From IMG/VR virus record IMGVR_UViG_3300031588_000004, positions 1 to 37,394 of that record: a stretch of 37,394 nucleotides of DNA, one strand, 5' to 3'. Positions 24,612 to 35,300 of this stretch are shown in pieces (within the stretch, counting starts at the first letter, position 1; every line of letters starts with the position of its first letter). Under the pieces are notes generated by a model that had not been told where the DNA came from, ran no database searches, and saw only the letters and a list, made by a program, of their open reading frames with translations. A program made the translations under genes and the position numbers. Origin of the DNA: a virus. Lineage: Duplodnaviria; Caudoviricetes.

Positions 24612-27275
24612 ATGGCAAAAGCCTCGACCATCCAATCATCATTCAACGCGGGCGAGCTTAGTCCCACACTCGACGGTCGCGTTGACTTGGCGAAGTATGG
24701 CTACGGCTGTGCGAAGATGGAGAATTTCTACCCACTCGTTCAGGGTGGAGCGCGTAAGCGCAGCGGCACTCGGTTTGTAAACGAGGTCAAGGACTCTGCG
24801 GATGTAACCCGTCTGATCCCGTTTGAGTTCAACACGACCCAGGCGTACATACTCGAGTTTGGCAACCTGTATATGCGGGTGTACAAGGACGGCGGGCAAG
24901 TGCTCGACTCCTTGTCTGCGATCTACGAGATTGCGACCCCGTACCCCTCTGCGAGCTTGGGCGCGATTCAATACGCGCAGTCTGCGGATGTGTTGTACCT
25001 CGCGCATCCTGACTACAATCCACGCAAGTTAATCCGCACAGCGCACGATGCTTGGACGCTTTCGATCATTGCGTTTGACCATGTGCCGTTTGAGCCGACA
25101 AACTTAGACGTTGCGGTTAAGGTTTGGTGCTCGCATACGACCGGCGAGGGCCGCACGCTTACCAGCGCATCGGCAGACGCAACCTGCGACACTACAAACA
25201 CAGACGCCACGGTAACGATGGATTCGACCACCAACATCCGTGCCGGGATGGCAGTCAGTGGCAGCGGCATACCCACATCCACAACGGTTGCCTCGGTCAC
25301 GAATGCCACAACCTTTGAGCTGTCTGCTGCGGCAACCATAACCGCGACGAATGCCACCCTGACATTTCAGGAGGCATTGTTTACGAGCAACATGGTGGGA
25401 GGCCAGTTCAAACTCTCGGAGTTACTCGGCAGCAATCACGGGGTCTGGGAGGCTCGTTCTGACAACACAGCTTACGGCGGGTCTTTGAACGTTGGCGAAA
25501 GCGTTTACTTTGAGAACAATGTTTACGAGTTGACAAGCAAGAGCGCCTCGGGAACGCCATCGACGAATACCGGCACGAGTGCCCCGATCCATGACGTGGG
25601 CACTGAAGCGGATGGTAAATTCGACTGGCTGTTTCTGCACAGCGGTTCCGGTTATGTCACGATTACCGCAGTCACCGGGAAGTCCATTTCTGCCACAACC
25701 GACGCAGCCCCAGTATCCGTAACCACTACTGCCGCACACGGCTATGTGACAAGCAACAGCGTGTATATATCAGGCACTGGCATCACGGCACTTGACCGTA
25801 AATACTGGACTGTCACGAAAACGAGTGACACCACGTTCACGCTGGACACAAGCACGGCCCCCGGTTTCACATCCTCATCCGGCTTTACGGATGGATTCAC
25901 CGCAACGTGTGACGTTGTAAAGACTCTGCCCGATAGCGTGGTGGGGTTGGTTACTGACGCTACACACCGCTGGGCGCATGGTGCTTGGACTGGCAAGAAC
26001 GGATACCCGCGAAGCGTCTCGTTCTTTGAGGATCGGCTGTGGTGGGCTGGAACAGCAAACAATCCCCAGACCCTGTGGGCGTCGAAGACCAGCAACTACG
26101 AGAATCATCAGATTGTAGACCTCGACGAGTCGGCGATGATCTTCACGTTGAATACCGATCAGGTCAACGTCATCGAGTGGATCAATGCGGGGCGTAAGCT
26201 CACCATCGGCACAGCGGGTGGCGAGTTCATCTGCTCGGCTGCCCTGGAGGGTGAAGCACTGACCCCCGGCAATGTAAGCGTGGTGCGTCACTCGACTTAT
26301 GGGAGTAAGTCCAACGTGGCCCCGGAGCGGGTGGAGCAGGTGCTGCTCTTTGTGCAGCGTGCAGGCAGGAAGCTGCGTGAGTTGGTCTATGACGATGCAG
26401 TCAATTCATACGTTGCCCCTGACATGACCATCCTGGCCGACCACATCACACTGGGCGGCATTACTCGCATGGCGTTTCAGCAGGAGCCCAACCGCATGGT
26501 ATGGGCCACACTCGCCACGGGTGACTTGGTTTGTTTCACCTACGAGCGAGCGCAGCAAGTTACAGCGTGGCACCGGCATACACTTGGCGGCACAGACTCC
26601 AAGGTTGAGAGCATCGCAGTCATTCCGCACCCGGATGGGGATCAGGATCAGCTTTGGATGGTGGTGAGCCGCACGATTGGCGGAGTTACTAAGCGGTTTG
26701 TCGAGTTCATGGAGCCTGAGTGGCTGCGCTCCAATGCACGAACGTCTGCGTTTTTCATCGACTCGGGACTTTCGTACTCGGGCGTGGCGGTGACTTCGGT
26801 GACTGGGCTGAGTCACCTCGAGGGCCAGACTGTTTCCATCCTTGCCGATGGAGCGACACACCCGGACAGGGTGGTTGTTTCGGGCACGGTGACTATGGAT
26901 CGCTCTGCCACGGTGGTTCACGTCGGACTGCCGTATTCGGCAACACTTCAGACAATGCGGCTCGAGGGTGGTGCATCTGATGGCACAGCCCAGGGCAAGA
27001 CGAAGCGGATTACGAACGTGGTGGTAAGGCTTGACCAGACGGGTGGTGGGTTGAGGTATGGGCCGACTGAAGTAGATGCGGACATGGACGAGTTTTTCAT
27101 TCGTGACTCATACGATCCGATGTCGGAAGCCGTGCCGTTGTTTGACGGGGACACGGACGTTCTTCCCTGGCCTTCAGGTTACGAGCAAGACGGCAAGGTG
27201 ACTATTCGGCACACGCTGCCGTTGCCTTGCACGATCACGGCAATCATGCCGCAACTGAACACGCAGGACCGATAG
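24612..27275 (+). CDS. Tail tubular protein B/nozzle (T7 gp12-like, 887 aa) with inserted Thr-rich domains
   Basis: QSSFNAGELSP, RLIPFEF, AQSADV, GYPRSVSFFEDRL, AWHRH and GLSHLEG motifs. Confidence 0.9.
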   Translation: MAKASTIQSSFNAGELSPTLDGRVDLAKYGYGCAKMENFYPLVQGGARKRSGTRFVNEVKDSADVTRLIPFEFNTTQAYILEFGNLYMRVYKDGGQVLDSLSAIYEIATPYPSASLGAIQYAQSADVLYLAHPDYNPRKLIRTAHDAWTLSIIAFDHVPFEPTNLDVAVKVWCSHTTGEGRTLTSASADATCDTTNTDATVTMDSTTNIRAGMAVSGSGIPTSTTVASVTNATTFELSAAATITATNATLTFQEALFTSNMVGGQFKLSELLGSNHGVWEARSDNTAYGGSLNVGESVYFENNVYELTSKSASGTPSTNTGTSAPIHDVGTEADGKFDWLFLHSGSGYVTITAVTGKSISATTDAAPVSVTTTAAHGYVTSNSVYISGTGITALDRKYWTVTKTSDTTFTLDTSTAPGFTSSSGFTDGFTATCDVVKTLPDSVVGLVTDATHRWAHGAWTGKNGYPRSVSFFEDRLWWAGTANNPQTLWASKTSNYENHQIVDLDESAMIFTLNTDQVNVIEWINAGRKLTIGTAGGEFICSAALEGEALTPGNVSVVRHSTYGSKSNVAPERVEQVLLFVQRAGRKLRELVYDDAVNSYVAPDMTILADHITLGGITRMAFQQEPNRMVWATLATGDLVCFTYERAQQVTAWHRHTLGGTDSKVESIAVIPHPDGDQDQLWMVVSRTIGGVTKRFVEFMEPEWLRSNARTSAFFIDSGLSYSGVAVTSVTGLSHLEGQTVSILADGATHPDRVVVSGTVTMDRSATVVHVGLPYSATLQTMRLEGGASDGTAQGKTKRITNVVVRLDQTGGGLRYGPTEVDADMDEFFIRDSYDPMSEAVPLFDGDTDVLPWPSGYEQDGKVTIRHTLPLPCTITAIMPQLNTQDR

Positions 27276-27277
27276 AT

Positions 27278-27859
27278 ATGGCAGCAGCAGGAGCATCACC
27301 CAATTACGCAGGTGGCGCGCTGATGGGCATACAAGCCATTGGCACTATTGCCGGCGCATTCATGCAGGCAGATGCTGCAAAGGCCCAAGCAAAGGCAGCA
27401 GCCGCAGCGGCTGAGTACAACGCGGTACTGGCCGAGATGGAGGGCAATGCCGAGGAGCGCAGGCGTCGTAGGGGTTCGCGTCGTGCCTTGTCTTCGCAGT
27501 TTGTTCAGATGGCGGGCAAGTCTGGTGTGATGGCAGAGGAGGGTGGCTGGCTCGAGCGTCTTACTCAGAACGCTGCGGAGTACGAGACGAATGCGTTGAA
27601 TGCTTCGATTGCAGGGCGTAACACAGCACGCTTGAACCGAATGCACGGAGCCAATGCCATTCGTCAGGGCAACATGCAGGCCGGTGCGGCGATGCTTACA
27701 GGTGCCAGCAGGCTGGGCGGCATGGCTTATTCGCTGTACGGCACAGGCAGCAGGAAGCCTCCGGGCACTGAGTTAGGTACCCCGTACCTTCAGGGCCAGA
27801 GCAGACAAGTACCTGCAACGGGTGGCCCAATGGCTCCTGACTATTCGAGGATCGGGTAA
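27278..27859 (+). CDS. Internal virion/ejection protein, small (gp14-like, 193 aa)
   Basis: Ala/Gly/Gln-rich with AEYNA..A and SGV motifs. Start at the ATG at 27278. Confidence 0.75.
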   Translation: MAAAGASPNYAGGALMGIQAIGTIAGAFMQADAAKAQAKAAAAAAEYNAVLAEMEGNAEERRRRRGSRRALSSQFVQMAGKSGVMAEEGGWLERLTQNAAEYETNALNASIAGRNTARLNRMHGANAIRQGNMQAGAAMLTGASRLGGMAYSLYGTGSRKPPGTELGTPYLQGQSRQVPATGGPMAPDYSRIG

Positions 27860-29394
27860 TGAAACTCCCCCAGGTACTGGCAGACCCGGCATCTTCTGGG
27901 CGTAGGGCTGCACCTCGAGACTTCGGGGGTGGCGAGGGCATGGCTGCAATGGGCCAAGCCGTTAGCGGTCTAGGTGACATCGCGGGCAAACTCTTTGAGG
28001 AGGAGATGAGCGCGCAGGTGTCTGGGTCATTGGGCGAGGCGACTCGTTCGTTGAATGATTTGAGCATGGAGGTGCAGGCTAACCCGGATCACAACACCCG
28101 GAACAAGATGTACGCAGACGGTGCGTCGAAGATTGCGAGTCAGTTCCGCAAGGGTCTGCATTATCCCCGCTTTCAGGGAATGTTTGACGAGCGGCTAGAG
28201 GGGACGCTCGAGCGTGGGCGTACAGGCATTGCCCAAGGTGTGCGTAAGGCATCGTTAGATTCAGCCAAGGCTGGGCGTATGACCTTCATCGAGTCCCAGC
28301 TAGATGCCCTCGAGAACATTAGCGACCCCACGGAGCGGTTGCAGACGATGAACGGCATCCGCGAGGAATTAGCTTCGGGTGTGCGCGGTGGGTTGTGGAG
28401 TGCGGCACAAGCCGCAGCCATGCAGATCAAGTTTGAAGACCGGATAGCTGGGCACGAACTCATCACAGAGTCTCAGGCGGCAGCGGATGAGATTATGGAC
28501 ACCTACCCAACGGCAGAGCAGCGGCTGGACGCTGCACTCGAAATTCAAGCCGGTCCACTCCGCGATGCAGTAGTGAGCCGTGTCGAGTCCCGGCAAAGTG
28601 CAGAGGACGGTCTTTATGCGAAGGCTGCGAAGGCCCAGCACACGGCTCTGCTGCACCGTGCCTATTCCGACTTGACTCAGGAGCAACTGCTTGAGGAGTC
28701 GATTTCGCTCAGTGCAAAGGGGACACCGCTCGATCCCGCTGTGCTGAAGTCGGTTGCCTCTGTAATCGCGCATCGGGTTAGCAGTGAGGGTGGCCTCCCC
28801 GATCAGGGTCCACTCAATCCCCATACCAACTACTCGAAACTCTTGGATATGGCTCGCGATCCGGTGACACGCCAAGAGTTCCTCGGCCTTGATCTGTCGA
28901 AGTACGCGGGTGGGTTACTGCCGGCGCAATATGACAAGCTGGTAGCGAATCAGGGGAATGGTGCTTGGGGATTAACGTCCGACACGACTAAACGTGTGGA
29001 CCGCGCACTGGCGAAGCTGAGCCTACCAGTCACCAGCGCGGACATAGCTGCTGAAGGCAATGCCACGAAGGTGGCATCCGCAGAGCAGTTCCGTGCGGTT
29101 GTAGAGAATGCAGTGATGCAAGAGGAGCACCGGACTGGGAACCCTCTATCTGGCAAGGCAACGCAGGACATCATCAACGCCCTCTCTGATGAGGTGGTGA
29201 TTGATGTAGATATGGCTTGGGATGATACGGTGCCGATTTACCAGATTTCCCCCGAAACCGAAATTGGTGATGTTCCTCACTCATTTGCTGCGAAAGCACG
29301 CGAGCGCGCCATTCCCAAAGTCTTGACCGATGAGGATGTTCGTAAGAAGTATCTCGACATGCTGCTGATTAGGCAGGCAGGCGGGACGCAATGA
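27859..29394 (+). CDS. Internal virion/ejection protein, medium (gp15-like, 511 aa)
   Basis: Helical, with an MKLP start and G.A..GLG N-terminus. Lies between the small and giant ejection genes. Confidence 0.75.
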   Translation: MKLPQVLADPASSGRRAAPRDFGGGEGMAAMGQAVSGLGDIAGKLFEEEMSAQVSGSLGEATRSLNDLSMEVQANPDHNTRNKMYADGASKIASQFRKGLHYPRFQGMFDERLEGTLERGRTGIAQGVRKASLDSAKAGRMTFIESQLDALENISDPTERLQTMNGIREELASGVRGGLWSAAQAAAMQIKFEDRIAGHELITESQAAADEIMDTYPTAEQRLDAALEIQAGPLRDAVVSRVESRQSAEDGLYAKAAKAQHTALLHRAYSDLTQEQLLEESISLSAKGTPLDPAVLKSVASVIAHRVSSEGGLPDQGPLNPHTNYSKLLDMARDPVTRQEFLGLDLSKYAGGLLPAQYDKLVANQGNGAWGLTSDTTKRVDRALAKLSLPVTSADIAAEGNATKVASAEQFRAVVENAVMQEEHRTGNPLSGKATQDIINALSDEVVIDVDMAWDDTVPIYQISPETEIGDVPHSFAAKARERAIPKVLTDEDVRKKYLDMLLIRQAGGTQ

Positions 29395-32300
29395 CCCAGC
29401 CCTTCTTCACAGATGAAGAGTGGGAAGCGGCTGACGAGCGTGATCGCAAACGCCAGGAGCTGCTAGTCGAAGCCGAGAAGGCACAGGTGCGGAACATCGC
29501 AGACGTGCGTGCCCGCGAGCAGGCCCCACAGCGCGCTGAAGTCCTTGGAATCGAGAAGCGCACCAATGTGCCCTTTGACACGGTTGAGCGCAACCTGGAC
29601 GAAATGCGGGCTCGTGACGCATGGCAGCAGCTAGGGCCGCAGAGTGTTGAGTACAGCCCAGCATGGCGCAAGTTGCTGAATAGCAAGATCGCTCCGCTTG
29701 TGATGCAGAACCCAGCGAGCACCCGCGCTATTTCCGACGCGATTGATTTCAGGACAGTAGGCAGCCCGCAGCAGGGTGCTCTTGGTGCGGGTATCGACCA
29801 AGGCAACTGGATGACTGAGGTGGCTAAGCTCGGCTGGCGGGTGAAGTTTGGATTAGGTTCAGACGCAGACAACGTGAATTTCAACCAGATGCGTCTGAAC
29901 CCGCCCGAGGTGCCTGATGCGCCGGGTTATCTGGATGACGTTGGTGTGATGGTTGCATCCCAGGTTCCGGTGCAGGCTTCCATCCTCGCTTATGGCACAA
30001 CGGCAGCCGCCGGAGGTGCTGCGCTTGGTGGGATGTCTGGCGGCTTGCCTGGGGCTGGTGCTGGTGGTGCGTCTATGTTCGTGGTGGGCACGGCATTCGC
30101 CAGTTACCACCTAGAGGGCGGGCTCGCCTATGCGGATATGCGGGGAGAGGCTGAGCGTGTTCTCAGCGAGTCTGGCGAGGTAATCCCACACGGGGCAATC
30201 GTTGGAGCCTCTGAGCTTGTGGGTGTATTGAACGGTGCGCTCGAGTTTCTTTCCTTTGGCGTGATGACTCGCAATCCGTTTGTGGCTGGACTGAAGCGAA
30301 AACTGTCGGCTAAGGCAGGGCTGGACATCATCAAGTCGAAGACCTTGCGTCCGTACTTGATCGCATTTGGCAAGCGGATGGCGGTGTCGGCAGGAACCGA
30401 GGCCAGCACAGAGTTCGCCCAGGAACAGGTTCTGATGGCCGTTAATCAGGCCCTCATTGCGTCTACGACAAGCCTGTCGGCACAGGTGCCAGAAGATTGG
30501 TCCGAGAGGTCACTCAAGTCATTCCTGTCAGGTTTTATTGTTGGGCCAGCGATGACCACCGCAGTAGCCCCCTACCACGCAGCGGTCATGCGCGTTGGAA
30601 TGAACAAGCAAACCCTGGCCCATGCCAAGCGACTTGATGCCATCACGGCGGCGCGTCTTAAGGACGGGGGGCTTGCCGACGCGGACCCGCAGGCAGTGCG
30701 CGAGTGGATACAGGGACAGATTGAAGAGGGTGGCGGTGATCCTAACCTGTACCTGCCTGCCGACAATATCGCGGAGTTGTTTCAGGAGGACGAGACACTT
30801 GCGGAGTCATTGCCCGAGGTAGCGGAGCAGTTGGCCGAGGCTCAGGTAGCAGGCACCGACGTAGTGATTCCCATTTCAGACTATGCGACCTATTTGGCTG
30901 CCTATCACGAAAAACTCAAGGGGGTGGTGCGTCATGGTTTGGGAGAGCGCAACACGTCAGAGGCCGAATCTAATTCTGCTGAAGACGAGGCAAACCTCCG
31001 CACTGAGCTAGAAGCCCTCGCCGGCACGGAAGAGGGTGCAGTAGAGCCGACTCCCGGCGAGCGGGTAGAGCAGAGCATGGTTGAGAAGTTGATCCGCACA
31101 GCTTCGGCGAGTCCCGAGACTGCTGCGCGTCTTGCGGATCTGCTAAGGCAGCACGCGGAGCGTCGAGCTTCAGACCCGGCAGTCGGAGAGCGTGCCTTTG
31201 AGGAGGCTGACATTGGCATAGAGGGACCGCTGGGTGCTCAGGCAGGGCCGGGTGTTGCTGCTGAGTTGGGCCAACCCGTAAACCTCGATTCGATGCTTAA
31301 CGAGTTGCGCGGCACAGCCCCCGAAGCCGCCGCAGAGGGTGCGGTTGAGGGTAGGTTGGCCGGGACGAAAGTGGTAGATGAGTCGGGGAATCCAGAAACC
31401 GTTTACCACGGAACGTCTTCCGCAAGGGATGCTCTTGAGCTTGAGGATCGGCGTGGGATAGGGGGGATCTTTTTCACGCGCAACCGCGCAGAGGCACAGC
31501 GTAGGGCTGAGTTTGTTGCCAATAGAGACGGCGGTGAACCCCGTGTATTGGAGGCGAAGGTAGGCATAAAGAACCCGTCGCCGCCTGGGTCCGGGTTGAG
31601 AAAAGAAAGAGTGGGACAAGAAGGGGAGACACTAGAGAGTTACGACGGGTATATATCGGATTCAGAAATTGCGGTGTTCGATAGGTCGCAGATTTTTGAA
31701 GTAGATCCCGCCCCCACCCCCCCCGCCGCCGCCACTCCTGAGTCTGCCGAACTTGCTGCGATGCTGGAGCAGTTGGGTTTCGACCTGGAGCAGATGACGA
31801 ACGAGGAAGTAATCGAGGCACTGGGGGATCGGTTTGCAGATGCCGGCACCACCCTGTTCCAGCCCGTCGAGCTTGATAACGAACGCCCACTAGCAGGTGC
31901 GTTTCACTCTGCGCTTGGCCGTGTACTTCGCGAGTCACCACAGCGCAAGATGACAGTGCCCCAACTCCGCAAGATGCTCCAGAAGAAGACAGTCAAGAAG
32001 GACGAGGTTGTTTGGTCTGGTGTAGAGGAGTACCTGGCTGCGCTAGATCCCGAGGCCAAGGTTGACCTCGACGAGATGATGGAGGTTATCAAGCTCATCA
32101 AAGTCGAGGAGGTGGTGCTGGGTGAACGGGGCGACAACACGAATGAGCTGCGCGAGTTGTGGATCGAGGAGGAGGTTCAGGGTCACAGCGCGATCATCAC
32201 GGAGGACGGTAGTTTTGAGGTTCGCGACAGCGACGGCTTTGTTGAAGCCGCCAACTTTGCAACCGAGGATGAGGCGCTCGAATCCGCTCGGGAAAATGTG

Positions 32301-35300
32301 GAAGCGGCTGCGCAGGAGATGGACGCGCAGGACTTTACGTCTGCCCTGTTTGAGATGGGCGTTGACATCCATAGCGAGTTCATGTCGGACGGTGCGACTC
32401 AGCACGAAACCTACGTCCTAGACGGCGGCACGGAATATCGCGAGACGCTGATAACGATGCCCGCAGATTGGCGGCAAGCAGGTGGACCGCCGGAAAGCGT
32501 GCTGCTGCGACAAGAGATTAATGCTCTAGAGAAACGACTAACAGATACAACGACTGAACTAACATTTTTACCATCCGACACGCTTAGTGTGGTCAATCCC
32601 GAGCGCGCAAGAATGCAGAAGGAGCTTCAGACTATAGCCGTTGAGTACAACGAGCTGAACGCGCAACTAGATGCGATCCCGAGGGAGCAAAAACTTGCGG
32701 AGCGGGAGCAGTGGAATCGTGAGACCGAAACCTTCACAGGCGGCCACTACGGCTCTACCGCCCCCAACGTCCTAGTCCACGTCCGCCACAATGACCGCAT
32801 TGGCCCTAACGGCGAGAAAGTCCTGTTTATCGAAGAGATTCAGGATGACTGGGCGAAGGCAGGGCGGAAGGAAGGGTACGGAGGACTCTCCACAGCAGAG
32901 AGTGAAGAACTAGCGAGTCTTCAGCAACAGTATCAAGCGGTGCCTTCCCCAGATAGGCACACTCGCGTCGATTACATTCCAATAGTTGAGCGCATCAAGG
33001 AACTGCAAGCGAAGGGGGGAGGCGTCCCCAACCGCCCGTTCAAGTCCACCGGCCACGAACTAGCCCTGAAGCGCATGATCGCCTTGGCAATCAACGAGGG
33101 TTACGACTCGGTAGCCTGGACGCCTGGTCACGTACAAGTAGAACGTTACGAAACCGAGCTACGGCAGACCGTGGACAGCATCAGGTGGGAGGTGCTCCCG
33201 TCTGACGGAGAGCAAACTGCTGCGGTAGTTGAAGACGTAGACGCTTGGATTGTCAGCGACCCCAATGGGGAGCGCGTTCTAAGCACTAGCAACGAAGACA
33301 GGGCGACCGCGCTGGCCGACAATATAGGCGGCACGGTTGTTAGGGAACAGGAAACGGTCACACCCGCCCAGGCTCCGGGTGAGATTGCCGTTTCCACCTA
33401 CAAGGACGGCAACGTCGCGGTGGGTATGCAAGTGGACCCGCAGAGCGGTCTAGTGAAGGGGAGCACCGCAGGCGATGGCATCCCCGTAGACACGCCGCTC
33501 GAGGATGTAGTAGGCAAGGACATTGCCAAGCAGATTCTTGAAGGTGGTCCCAGCGGCACGGTCGAGGGTGACAACCTGACGATTGGCGGCAAGGGCTTCA
33601 CCGACATCTACGACACGAAGCTCGTCAAGGCTGCGAACAAGCTGGGCAAGAAATATGGCGCGAAGGTGGAGATGGGCGAAGTTGAATCAGACGCTCTTAT
33701 AGGTCAAGCTCGACGAGCGCAAAGGTTCAACAGGGGTGAAGAGCTAGAAGTGACCCAAGTGGACGAAGGCGAGTGGACTATACTGAACTTAGGTGTACCG
33801 ACTGCGACGTACCCAGATAGGATGACAGCGGAAGCGCAGCGACAGAGGCTTATTGATGAAGTGCAAGTCATTGATGCGTCAACTGTCTCAGTCCACACCC
33901 TCAACCTCACCCCCGAGATGAAGTCGGCAGTGCAGGAGGAGGGTCTGCCTCTCTTCCAGCCTGCATTCCACGGCACGCCGCATCGCTTTGACAAGTTCAC
34001 GCTTGACCACATCGGCGAAGGCGAAGGTGCCCAGGCGTTCGGGTGGGGTTTGTACTTCGCTTCAAGGCGCGGGGTTGCGGAGTATTACAAAGAGTCTCTC
34101 ACGAAGAACGCTCGAACCTATGCAGTCGATGGCGTAGAACTCGATGATCCGACCAGACCTGGCGGCGGGATGGTCGAAAGTCTGGACCGTGCTGCTGAGT
34201 CCCCCGAATCGCTGGAGACGCGCATTGACTTTCTCAAGCGCCGTCTCGCACTTATATCGAGAAACGATTCGCGCTCTAGGCTTATTGGGCGAGAGCAGCG
34301 CGTTCTGGCGTTCGCTGAGTCCCTGCGCGGGAAGACTGTCACGATTACCAGCGAGTCCGGCCAACTATTCGAGGCCGACATCCCCGAGAGCGGCGAGTTG
34401 CTCGATTACGATCTGCCGCTGAGTGAGCAGCCGGAGGGGGTGAGACTGAAGTTGGAGCCGATCATGCGTGAGCGGTTCGGCGATGCGTGGGAAGATCACA
34501 TGCAGAGGACAGGTCAGAATTTTTACTACAATGTCGCCCTCCCGGTGGCGTGGAATAAATTCGCCCCATCCACCCAGGACGATATGAGCGAAACAAGCGA
34601 CCGTGATGCTGCGAAAATGGCATCTCAGTTACTGCTCGAGGCCGGAATCCCAGGACTCCAATACACCGAGGGCCAACTCTCGGGTGGTGGTGGCACTGCA
34701 AAGAACTTTGTCATCTGGGACGAGGAAGCCATCAACGTCCTGAACACCTTCTTCCAGCCTGCTGACAAAGGTATCCGGGGCTCACTCAGCTACAACAACG
34801 AACTCACCAACGTCATCATGCGGTTTACCAAGAGCAAGAACCTGAGCACGGGTCTACACGAGTCTGCTCACCTCTTCTTTGCCATGATGCTGAAGGACGC
34901 ACAGACGGAGGGCATTGCTCCGCAGTTGCAGACGGACATGCAGACAGCCCTCGACTTCCTTGGCATGGACTCAGTGGAGTCGCTGCTTCAAGACAGTCAG
35001 GGCAATCTAAGCGACGAAGCAAGAGCCGCTCACGAGAAGTGGGCTCGGGCTTTTGAGATGTATCTGCGAGAAGGCAAGGCACCCAGCGCGGCACTGCGCG
35101 AATCGTTTTCGCGGTTCAAGTCTTGGCTGCTCCACCTCTACAAGACGCTGCGCGGTTTGGACGTAGAACTAAACCCGGAGATGCGGCAAGTCTTCGACCG
35201 TTTGCTTGCCAGTGACGAGCAGATTGCCCAAGCCAAGCAGCAGGACCGTATGCTGCCTGCATTTGAGAGTGCCGAAGCAGGCGAGATGACCCCGGCACAG

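Noticed and set aside
7742-27277. Longest-ORF starts in the track (7742, 8315, 9273, 10419, 10641, 11494, 12033, 12858, 13783, 15756, 19356, 27227)
   Set aside because: Each overlaps a neighbour or a regulatory gap. Downstream starts with an RBS, a stop-start overlap or a better N-terminus fit better.
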